This document shows positions 16,949 to 24,426 of a DNA stretch of 26,212 nucleotides, piece by piece. The stretch's first letter is position 1. The number at the start of each line of letters is the position of its first letter. The notes under the pieces were generated by a model that saw only the letters and a list, made by a program, of their open reading frames with translations, was not told the origin of the DNA and searched no databases. The translations under genes and the position numbers were made by a program. Origin of the DNA: a virus. Taxonomy: Duplodnaviria > Caudoviricetes. Location: positions 1-26,212 of the IMG/VR virus record IMGVR_UViG_3300020442_000903; one strand, given 5' to 3'.

Positions 16949-18343
16949 ATGTCCCAACTTAATGTAGATAGAGTAGTTTCTTTAAGTGGTGGTGGCGGAA
17001 CGGCACAATTCCAACTGGAATCTAGTGGCAATTTTAACTTTGATTCGGGCACGCTGTATGTCGATAGTGCGAATAACGAAGTTGGTATTAATACTACAAA
17101 TCCGCGATCAAACTTAGATATTGCTGGAACTGGCAGTGTTGTTGTTCCTGTTGGAACAACTGCACAACGCCCTGGATCACCTGTAGAGGGTATGTTCCGA
17201 TATAATTCAGAAGAACGACAGTTTGAGGGATATTCCTTAAATAGTGGAACTAATCAGGTTGAATGGGGTGCTATTGCTGGCGCTGGTGGAGGAACACCTC
17301 AACAATCTTCAGATAGATTTAGCACTGACTATTCTGTTGGCGCTGTTCTTAAATCTGACGGAACTGAAGCATATTGGTCTTTTGAAGGTGTCCTAAGTGA
17401 TTGGGGCATGGCAAGAATTTGGACTCATGGATATGTTGGTGGTGGGTATCAAAGTGGTTCGCCATGGAGAAACGTGAATAGAACTGTTCATGCTACAGAT
17501 ACATCAACAAACTTAGGTGATACTCTCGATAGATCTGGTGCTTATATGGCAGGATCTTTCCATGATACTAGACACTTCTTTCACTCTATGGAGAACACTT
17601 ATAGAGGTTCTTCTAACTATACGTCTGGTTTCAGTATGACCTCTGAATCTGGTATCACCCACCAGAACTCTTGGGATATGACTGTAAACCGTGCATCAAT
17701 GGGTTCATTCCAAGACTACATTCATGCAGGCGGTTATTCTTATCTACAGGGTGGTGGTAACTCTAGAACTGATGCATTTAATCTCTCTACAGAGGTTATG
17801 AGAACGTCTGGATTCCCTCCTAACCATGGTGATGGTGGTGATGACCCCACATGGGGTGGTAACTCTAGAACAAAAGGATGGTATAAGCGTTCTGGCACAC
17901 GTCAAGCAATGACTTGGAAGACTGAATCTTGGGTCAGTTGGAACCATGGACCTGGTGGTGATGGATGGAAGAAAATTCTTGGTACTATGTTAGGTCACAT
18001 GTATGTTGGAACTGGTAACAATAACCAGAATGGTAATCAAAAGTGTGATGATACATCAGGTATTCAGGTTAGAGGTATTGACTTTGGTAGAATGGGTGAG
18101 GAAAACTTTGAAATTGGAATGAGGAAAGGTTATTGCTTGGGTAACTATAATGGTGCTCAGAATAATAATACATTCAAGGTGAACTATCAAACTGATGGTG
18201 TTACTAACCTTGGTGGATCTTCACCTCCGTCTGGTCATGGTGGCATGAGTTCCGCTCACTGCTCCTCTGCATCTGCTGTATCGGGTGTTAACCCCGATGG
18301 TTCTCAGTCATACAATTACGGCACAACTATTCCTAACTTCTGA
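16949..18343 (+). CDS. fibre-associated protein with kelch-like beta-propeller C-terminus
   Basis: VGINTTNP..LDI and anchor VPVGTTAQRP...GMFRYNS...FEGY; C-terminal repeats beginning GYVGGG / SYLQGGG / MYVGTG / GYCLGN, several followed by x-T-[DE] turns. Confidence 0.6.
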   Translation: MSQLNVDRVVSLSGGGGTAQFQLESSGNFNFDSGTLYVDSANNEVGINTTNPRSNLDIAGTGSVVVPVGTTAQRPGSPVEGMFRYNSEERQFEGYSLNSGTNQVEWGAIAGAGGGTPQQSSDRFSTDYSVGAVLKSDGTEAYWSFEGVLSDWGMARIWTHGYVGGGYQSGSPWRNVNRTVHATDTSTNLGDTLDRSGAYMAGSFHDTRHFFHSMENTYRGSSNYTSGFSMTSESGITHQNSWDMTVNRASMGSFQDYIHAGGYSYLQGGGNSRTDAFNLSTEVMRTSGFPPNHGDGGDDPTWGGNSRTKGWYKRSGTRQAMTWKTESWVSWNHGPGGDGWKKILGTMLGHMYVGTGNNNQNGNQKCDDTSGIQVRGIDFGRMGEENFEIGMRKGYCLGNYNGAQNNNTFKVNYQTDGVTNLGGSSPPSGHGGMSSAHCSSASAVSGVNPDGSQSYNYGTTIPNF

Positions 18344-19098
18344 TGGCAACTACTAATCCCGATATTATCGTTCTCGATGAAGAGAAATGGTCTCAGATTA
18401 AAGTCTGGGGTAGAAGAATTGGTGACTTCTTAGGTTTAGAAGTCTATGAATTGGAAGATCAATATTTTGATTACATTCCTCAATACATCAATTATCTTAG
18501 ATTTGATTACAAGACTGGCACCTTTGGTCATAAGTACTGGGGTGAATTCAGATCAGAAAGATCTGAGTATGGTGAGAATGAAGAAGGAACTACACAGAAA
18601 GATAAAGTATCAGTTGATTCTACTCTTCAGCAGAAATATACACTACCTTTCATGAAGCAAGTAATTGCATTGGCAGTGCAAGAAGTATTTGAAAAAAGAT
18701 ATCAATCACTTCGTGCTACATATAGTAGTCTTGAAGATGCAACGTGGGGAGACCAACTTGCAGAATCTCAAGCATATTTGGCAGACAGTGATCACGAAAC
18801 TAAGTTAATTCATAGGTTAGCAGAACTTCGTGGGTTGACAACTGAACAGTTTGCTGGTAAAGTTGTTGAGAAGCAGGGTGAGTGGAAAGAAAAACTTTTT
18901 GATCTCGCTGTTGCAGAACAAACGTTGATTGTTAAATTGAAAGCAATCACAAATGTCGCTGATGTCAATGTATTCCTAGAAGATTACTTCGGAATATCAA
19001 TGTCAAATCAACAATGTCTAAATTACGGTAGGTGTATTGAAAATGAAGACGGACTCATCGTCAGAAAAGAACCTTTTAAGTACGGAATTAGATTCTGA
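18343..19098 (+). CDS. hypothetical protein, C-terminus resembles tail-fibre assembly/chaperone-type helical domain
   Basis: TGATG-coupled to the propeller gene; YSSLEDATWGDQLAESQAYLAD...LIHRLAELRGLTTEQFAGKVVEK resembles the E-x-x-[TS]-W-x-x-Q-x-x-EA...LA-x-x-RG motif of fibre-adjacent phage proteins. Confidence 0.55.
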   Translation: MATTNPDIIVLDEEKWSQIKVWGRRIGDFLGLEVYELEDQYFDYIPQYINYLRFDYKTGTFGHKYWGEFRSERSEYGENEEGTTQKDKVSVDSTLQQKYTLPFMKQVIALAVQEVFEKRYQSLRATYSSLEDATWGDQLAESQAYLADSDHETKLIHRLAELRGLTTEQFAGKVVEKQGEWKEKLFDLAVAEQTLIVKLKAITNVADVNVFLEDYFGISMSNQQCLNYGRCIENEDGLIVRKEPFKYGIRF

Positions 19099-19918
19099 GA
19101 GACTGCCTTTATCTAAAACAATCGAAGACCTAGAGAGCATTGATCCCTGGGTCTTATCTGATTTTGATGAAGGACTGGTCGGGTGGAGTGATTCTCAATT
19201 CTTTGGTCAAACTGATTATCAAAATAAGTATTTTGTTGTCAACTCACAGGTAACACCTTGGCGTCAAATGCGTCAAGCAATTATGGAGATCCAGACGCGA
19301 TTAAATGCTCTCCAGAAAGTAACCATTTCATATAAGCGAACACTTAACGATATCGCTAGAATTCGTCATGAAATGGAGACTGAGGAAGATCCATATTTCA
19401 AGCAAGATAAAGAATATGAAATCGAGATTTTGCTTCTCGATAAACAAGTATGGCATAACAAACTGCGTCAGTGTAAGAGAGAGATTGAAGGTCTGTTGCG
19501 TATCATCAAAGAGCGCACGGGAGAGAATGTTGATCTCGAAGATCTGGAGACACTCAAGGCAACCATCCTCGCAAAAGAAAATGAGGAAGGTGAAGAGATT
19601 AAGTATTGGATTGCTCGTTTAGCAAAACAATGCTCCATCGATCTTCTCACCACTGGTAGGATTCAAGCAGGCAATCTAGATAGTATGCTTATGATGAGTC
19701 CTGAAGATCAAGCAGCAGTGACTGATCTGGCAATGACATATTCTACTGCTATGAATATCAATGTTGGTAAGATTAAAGCAGCAGCAGAAGATAAAGTAGA
19801 GAATATGTTAAAAGGTCAAGGACCTCAAATGTTTGACACCGCAGGAGTATTGACAGATTATGCAAACAACAATGTTGAAGACCGCTATCTTCAGTCTTCC
19901 GATAAATCCGAAACTTGA
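19043..19918 (+). CDS. coiled-coil hypothetical protein
   Basis: Probable ATG 19043 (track starts at TTG 19037); long heptad region (RQAIMEIQTRLNALQK...LRQCKREIEGLLRII), then YWIARLAKQCSIDLLTTGRIQAGNLDSM. Confidence 0.75.
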   Translation: MKTDSSSEKNLLSTELDSERLPLSKTIEDLESIDPWVLSDFDEGLVGWSDSQFFGQTDYQNKYFVVNSQVTPWRQMRQAIMEIQTRLNALQKVTISYKRTLNDIARIRHEMETEEDPYFKQDKEYEIEILLLDKQVWHNKLRQCKREIEGLLRIIKERTGENVDLEDLETLKATILAKENEEGEEIKYWIARLAKQCSIDLLTTGRIQAGNLDSMLMMSPEDQAAVTDLAMTYSTAMNINVGKIKAAAEDKVENMLKGQGPQMFDTAGVLTDYANNNVEDRYLQSSDKSET

Positions 19919-21581
19919 TCTTGATTATATTGAGGAAGGTTTAATCCCCTTCCTTTTGCAACATCAACATCTAATTTACGATCTATATTTCACCTCTAGG
20001 ATGCCACCATTCACGCAAGATGCGATGGGTGATGTGTTTCGTACAGAGACAGATGCACAGCAAGTTGCTATCAATGCTCTAGTAATTGGTGAGAAGACTG
20101 GTATTCCTCTGTCTGCCACTTTCAATAACATCTGGGTGCGTCCAGATCAAAAGAACTTAGATGAGTTTATTAAGAACTTTAGGTTCTTGTATGATGCTGG
20201 TGTTAGGACTGCAACTATTCCTCACACATCATGGGTGATGACAGGACAAATCCAAAAGGAATATCCTGAACTAAAGATCAAGAACACTATTCTTCGTGAG
20301 GTAGTCAAACCTAACGAGATTGTCACTCTTGCTAGTGCTGGATTCAATTATATTAATCTGGATCGTGATATTATGCGAGACAGAGAGGCATTGGATCGTA
20401 TCAAACAAGTGAAAGAATATTGTGCAGAGAAGGGAACTCCTATAGAGTTGTCATTACTTGCCAATGAACATTGTTGGGGTGGTTGTCCTATCATGCCCGA
20501 ACATTATCAGTACAACAGCACACGACAAGGAACAGAACCGCAATACTTCAATAGTGAAATCAGTCGCATTTCATGTTCACGATGGGACGCAGTTGATCCT
20601 GCACATGAACTTAAGGTTGCCAATCTTCCTCCATGGAAGAGTGATTGGAAAGAGTTCTTAGATGTTATTGATGTGTTCAAACTGCATGGCAGAGAAGATA
20701 CTATGCGACTATTAGAGTCCATGGATCTTATTAAGCGATGGGATGATCCCACATGTAGTTTAATGTATCCTGAGTTTAAGGACTATATGCAGGATGTTGA
20801 TATGCCTGATGCTCCTATCAACAAATGGCGTGAAAAGATCAAGATATGTAAGTTTGACTGTTGGGATTGCAACTATTGCGAAACCGTGGTAGAATTCCGA
20901 CTGAAGAAACAAAAACGTGAAATGAATCCTCTGGTAGATAGAGTCATCCGCGCCATTGACAATGCTGTGGACGATAACTCCAACTTCAAACCCGATGGAT
21001 ATAATGTTCTTGGTCTATCTTCCAACAAAGTTAGACATTTCTTGAACAATCTATGTTCGGAGCGTGGTACAATCTATGCAGATGTTGGTTGTTACACAGG
21101 CAGCACATTGTTTGCTGCATTGATGGGTAATGAGTCAGTAAAAGCATATGCTATTGATGACTTCTCTGAAGGATGTATTCGCCCTAAAAATAAGAATCTA
21201 TTCGACAAATATACTGTTGATAATCCTATCGATGAGTTCATTCAGAACGCTGAGAAGTATTTTAATACAGATTGTTCGGTTGGTTTCTGTGTTAAACCTA
21301 TCTTACAGATGGAGTTTAATCCTGAGTTCAAACCTAATGTTATCTTCTATGATGCAGAGATTGAAGACAATATGATTCCCAACTTGGAACATATTCACAA
21401 TCAAGCAGCGGATTCATATATTCTGGTTGTTGATGATGCAAACTTCAATGGTGCTGTTGATAATGCAAAAGAATTCTTGAAGGGTAAAGATGTTGTTTAT
21501 GACAGAATTATCAGGACAGAGATTGTAGAAGATGAGAAGGATTGGTGGAACGGTTTGTATATCGCAGTCATTGAAAAATGA
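19860..21581 (+). CDS. peptidase U32-like (putative Fe-S hydroxylase) domain fused to class I SAM-dependent methyltransferase domain
   Basis: N-domain: GFNYINLDRDIMRD (cf. G-x-x-R-x-x-L-x-RE), ELSLLANEHCWGGCP...H...SCSRW, FKLHGRE (cf. U32 LKIEGR), CKFDCWDCNYC. C-domain: YADVGCYTGST (SAM motif I), AYAIDDF, VIFYDA, ILVVDDAN. Start ATG 19860 or 19872. Confidence 0.7.
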   Translation: MQTTMLKTAIFSLPINPKLDLDYIEEGLIPFLLQHQHLIYDLYFTSRMPPFTQDAMGDVFRTETDAQQVAINALVIGEKTGIPLSATFNNIWVRPDQKNLDEFIKNFRFLYDAGVRTATIPHTSWVMTGQIQKEYPELKIKNTILREVVKPNEIVTLASAGFNYINLDRDIMRDREALDRIKQVKEYCAEKGTPIELSLLANEHCWGGCPIMPEHYQYNSTRQGTEPQYFNSEISRISCSRWDAVDPAHELKVANLPPWKSDWKEFLDVIDVFKLHGREDTMRLLESMDLIKRWDDPTCSLMYPEFKDYMQDVDMPDAPINKWREKIKICKFDCWDCNYCETVVEFRLKKQKREMNPLVDRVIRAIDNAVDDNSNFKPDGYNVLGLSSNKVRHFLNNLCSERGTIYADVGCYTGSTLFAALMGNESVKAYAIDDFSEGCIRPKNKNLFDKYTVDNPIDEFIQNAEKYFNTDCSVGFCVKPILQMEFNPEFKPNVIFYDAEIEDNMIPNLEHIHNQAADSYILVVDDANFNGAVDNAKEFLKGKDVVYDRIIRTEIVEDEKDWWNGLYIAVIEK

Positions 21582-22075
21582 TCAACGTTATTGATAATTA
21601 CTTACCTGAACAGACGCATCATAACATCCGTAATCAGATGTTAGCATTTAACTTCCCTTGGTTTAGTTCAAAGATTGTCAATGATAGTCCTCAGAACTAC
21701 AAGAGAAATGTTCAAATGATTCATATGTTTTACACGAATCATGCACCACAGACAGATCACTTAGAGATCATTTATCCTTTACTTGATAAGATTCAACCCC
21801 TGTCGATTATAAAAATCAAAGCAAACTTTATGACAGGTACGGATCGTATCATTGAACATGGATTGCATAATGATATTACAGAGGCAGAAGATCGCCCCTA
21901 TATTAAAACAGCGATCTATTATCTGAACACCTGTGATGGTTACACAATGTTTGAAGATGGCACTAAAGTAGAGAGTGTCGGCAATAGATTTGTAGAGTTT
22001 CCTAACTCAATGAGACACACAGGGACATCTACAACTGATGAATACCGTATAGTTTTGAATCTAAATTATGTTTAA
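21578..22075 (+). CDS. 2OG-Fe(II) oxygenase superfamily protein
   Basis: ATGA-coupled to the U32 fusion; MINVIDNYL, HND, AIYYLNTCDGYTMFEDG, RHTG, YRIVLNLNY. Confidence 0.8.
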   Translation: MINVIDNYLPEQTHHNIRNQMLAFNFPWFSSKIVNDSPQNYKRNVQMIHMFYTNHAPQTDHLEIIYPLLDKIQPLSIIKIKANFMTGTDRIIEHGLHNDITEAEDRPYIKTAIYYLNTCDGYTMFEDGTKVESVGNRFVEFPNSMRHTGTSTTDEYRIVLNLNYV

Positions 22076-22391
22076 GCGTTATCTTAAATTTGTTGCTAGG
22101 ATCCCTGAGCGACATTATTGGCCCTTGTTTATCATTTTGTCGCTCTATTTTGTAGTTCCATACAGTGAGTTTGTAGTCACACTTGGTGCCCTTGGTTACT
22201 TCAAGTTTGAGAAATCCTACCGTAAGTTTTTTGCAAAGGTAATCTCTCCTCTGCCTGATGTTATCAAGTATGGTGGATCAGTTATCTTCTTTCTCGTAAT
22301 GTTGGACGATACTATCTTTTATGCTGCTATTATCCTTGCTGCACTATGGTCTAATAGAGAAGCAAAGAAGATAAATAAGAGTGAAGAGTAA
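22068..22391 (+). CDS. small multi-pass membrane protein
   Basis: Two long hydrophobic stretches (WPLFIILSLYFVVPYSEFVVTLGALGYF; GGSVIFFLVMLDDTIFYAAIILAALW) with basic N-terminus and charged C-terminus. Confidence 0.65.
   Translation: MFKRYLKFVARIPERHYWPLFIILSLYFVVPYSEFVVTLGALGYFKFEKSYRKFFAKVISPLPDVIKYGGSVIFFLVMLDDTIFYAAIILAALWSNREAKKINKSEE
22371..22377 (+). promoter_or_regulatory. T4-type late promoter (ATAAATA)
   Basis: gATAAATA 23 nt before ATG 22401. Confidence 0.6.
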
Positions 22392-22400
22392 GCATATTTC

Positions 22401-23444
22401 ATGTCAGAATTAAATGTAGGATCTGTCAATTGTACTCATGTCAATGCGACAGGTGATGTTGACATCGGTGGTAAAGCAGAGTTACCTCAATATACTACAG
22501 CAAACTTACCGTCAAGTTCTCCTACTGGAACTCTAGCATTTGATACTACAGAAGGTAAGGTCAAAGTATATGATGGTAGTGCATGGGTATTAACTGCTGC
22601 TAGTGATGATAAACAATATCGTATTCAGTGCTGGGGCGCTGGTGGTGGCGGTGGAACTAGTGGTGGATGGAGTTATGGTGCTGAAGGTGGTGGTGGTGGA
22701 TATGTTGAAGCAAAAGTTAAAGGATTAGCATCAGGAACTGCCTTAATCATTCGTGTTGGTGAAGGTGGATTAGTTAATGGCACTCGTATGTCATATGGTG
22801 GTGGCGGTGAAGCAAACCGTGCTGGTGGTGATAATAGATATGGTTCAAATGGTGGTGGTGCAACTGCTGTATTCTTTTCATCTGTTTCACATGATAACGT
22901 CCTAATCATCGCTGGCGGTGGTGGTGGAGGTGGATCATCTAGAGCACAGGAAGGTAACTTTGGCGGCGCTGGTGGTGGTCCTACTGGTCAAGATGGTTTT
23001 TCTGCTTATGATAGTAAAATCCAATATCGTGGTAGAGGTGGATCTGGAACTGAAGGTGGAAGAAATAATCAGCAGGGATCTTCATACTCTGCAAGAGCAT
23101 TAGAGGGCGGATCTGCTGCTTCTAATGGTTATGGTGGTGCAGGTGGTGGAGGATATTATGGTGGCAGTGCTGGAGGTTACTCTGAACAGCACACAATGGC
23201 AGGCGGTGGAGGTGGATCAGGATACGCAGATCCTGCTTATTGTTTTGATGTAAAGAATTATCGTGGTGAGTATCGTATGCCAGCAGGTGCAGGGGAAGAA
23301 GGTTACCCAGGCGGCACAGTTTCATATGGTGGCAATGCTAACGCAAGTGCAGGTGGTCATGGATATTGTAGGATCACAGATGCAGACGGAAACGTTACTA
23401 CCTACACATATACAGGATCGGACACTAATATTACAGTCCCATAA
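22401..23444 (+). CDS. fibre-associated glycine-rich (polyglycine) adhesin-like protein
   Basis: MSELNV start, degenerate anchor LPQYTTANLP...GTLAFDTT...VYDGSAW; CWGAGGGGG...GGGGGY...IIAGGGGGGG...GGGGYYGG...GGGGSGY glycine-rich domain. Confidence 0.7.
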   Translation: MSELNVGSVNCTHVNATGDVDIGGKAELPQYTTANLPSSSPTGTLAFDTTEGKVKVYDGSAWVLTAASDDKQYRIQCWGAGGGGGTSGGWSYGAEGGGGGYVEAKVKGLASGTALIIRVGEGGLVNGTRMSYGGGGEANRAGGDNRYGSNGGGATAVFFSSVSHDNVLIIAGGGGGGGSSRAQEGNFGGAGGGPTGQDGFSAYDSKIQYRGRGGSGTEGGRNNQQGSSYSARALEGGSAASNGYGGAGGGGYYGGSAGGYSEQHTMAGGGGGSGYADPAYCFDVKNYRGEYRMPAGAGEEGYPGGTVSYGGNANASAGGHGYCRITDADGNVTTYTYTGSDTNITVP

Positions 23445-23486
23445 GTGGCACAGGGGGTATACAACCCCCTTTTTTTGTGATATGAT
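23429..23486 (+). promoter_or_regulatory. sigma70-type promoter with upstream 24-bp palindrome (copy 1)
   Basis: TATTACAG-N8-GTGGCACA (23429-23452), -35 TATACA 23458-23463, 17 bp, extended -10 TG-A-TATGAT (TATGAT 23481-23486). Confidence 0.55.
23452..23476 (+). terminator. intrinsic terminator ending the late structural block
   Basis: AGGGGGT-ATACA-ACCCCCT hairpin followed by a T tract, 7 nt after the stop at 23444. Confidence 0.8.
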
Positions 23487-23509
23487 ACTGGGGTATTCAA
23501 CGGAGAACC

Positions 23510-23725
23510 ATGCCTCAATTCACTCTCATCTGTACTGATGAGGATTCTACTGTTACAACTAAAGAATTTGAAGCAACCTTGCTCCCTGAAGTAGTAGAGA
23601 AGACACAAGACTTCTTGAAGGGTGTAGGTTATTGCTTTGAAGAATTGCATACTCAAGTGTATCCTATCCCAGAAGATACCAACGGTAAGGATGATTATGC
23701 GTCCATTTATCGCGACATCGACTGA
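23510..23725 (+). CDS. hypothetical phage protein (71 aa)
   Basis: GGAG SD upstream; first gene after the promoter; TKEFEA..LPEVVE..QDFLKGVGY pattern. Confidence 0.75.
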   Translation: MPQFTLICTDEDSTVTTKEFEATLLPEVVEKTQDFLKGVGYCFEELHTQVYPIPEDTNGKDDYASIYRDID

Positions 23726-23769
23726 GATATATAACACTGTAGTTTACTATTCGTTCACGTTTCAAACTC

Positions 23770-23967
23770 ATGGGCAAGACTTATCGACGGGGTGGAAACG
23801 AGGGAGGATACTATTCCTTCGGCAAATCCATTCGTGACAAGCGTTCAAAAGGTGGCACCAATCGTTCAAACTGGGGAGACAACTATGACGAAAACTTCTC
23901 AACCAAAGGATCAAAGAAAGGTCGAAAAAACATCGACACAGACTATGATAACGATGGGTGGCAATGA
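23770..23967 (+). CDS. small basic, G/K/R-rich hypothetical protein
   Basis: MGKTYRRGG...; low complexity; fits gene tiling. Confidence 0.6.
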   Translation: MGKTYRRGGNEGGYYSFGKSIRDKRSKGGTNRSNWGDNYDENFSTKGSKKGRKNIDTDYDNDGWQ

Positions 23968-24055
23968 TTATGAAATAGAAAAAGAATATGAAGAACTAGA
24001 GTTTGATGACTATTCTGAGGTAGACTACGACCTCGATTACACTCACTCAGTATAA
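23954..24055 (+). CDS. very acidic small peptide (start ATG 23954 or 23945)
   Basis: MGGNDYEIEKEYEELEFDDYSEVDYDLDYTHSV*; fills the gap between neighbouring genes. Confidence 0.45.
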   Translation: MGGNDYEIEKEYEELEFDDYSEVDYDLDYTHSV

Positions 24056-24057
24056 GC

Positions 24058-24231
24058 ATGGATGGAGAATCTCAACACGAAAAATTTAATAGAGGACTAG
24101 ATCTTTTCATGGAATCGGTTCACAAACCCGATCATGAATTGCGTCAATGTGCTCACAATCAAAAATGTTACCATGAACTCATGTACATCAGGAGTTATGT
24201 GCTTGACTATCTCAAAACTCTAAGGAGATAA
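24058..24231 (+). CDS. small His/Cys-containing protein (57 aa), not in ORF track
   Basis: MDGESQHEKFNRGLDLFMESVHKPDHELRQCAHNQKCYHELMYIRSYVLDYLKTLRR*; tiles precisely between 24055 and 24235. Confidence 0.7.
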   Translation: MDGESQHEKFNRGLDLFMESVHKPDHELRQCAHNQKCYHELMYIRSYVLDYLKTLRR

Positions 24232-24234
24232 TCA

Positions 24235-24426
24235 ATGCTATTTCACTCCGCAATCCTTGACTCTGATGAGAAAATGATCTTAAAAGATGCATTGTTTCTT
24301 TATGTCTCTGACTTGCAGAAACGATATTATAGGGATAAAATGATCCCTGAATCTTCATACCTTGCCAAAATGAAAGAGGTTGAAGGTATTGTTGACAAAT
24401 TACATTTGACTGACCTTTATCGATGA
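24235..24426 (+). CDS. hypothetical phage protein (63 aa)
   Basis: TAAGGAG SD upstream; ATGA-coupled to the next gene. Confidence 0.7.
   Translation: MLFHSAILDSDEKMILKDALFLYVSDLQKRYYRDKMIPESSYLAKMKEVEGIVDKLHLTDLYR

Noticed and set aside
13004-18343. Diversity-generating retroelement or invertible shufflon behind the variable heads
   Set aside because: No reverse transcriptase, recombinase or near-identical template/variable repeat was seen; all heads are complete co-oriented genes whose similarity is only at protein level.
19860-21581. Radical SAM enzyme call based on C-x3-C-x2-C (CKFDCWDC)
   Set aside because: The motif lies at the end of the first domain and continues as C-x2-C, not at the start of a radical SAM barrel; the preceding sequence fits U32-like motifs better. 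Not fully excluded without a profile search.
22630-23230. GGT-rich tracts as tandem repeats or a CRISPR-like array
   Set aside because: They are Gly codon runs in the glycine-rich protein; no constant repeat-spacer structure was seen anywhere in the window.
619-23737. Numerous 60-137 aa minus-strand or out-of-frame ORFs nested in long genes
   Set aside because: No motifs, fully nested in well-supported plus-strand genes; antisense openness is expected from the codon bias of G/S/T-rich proteins.
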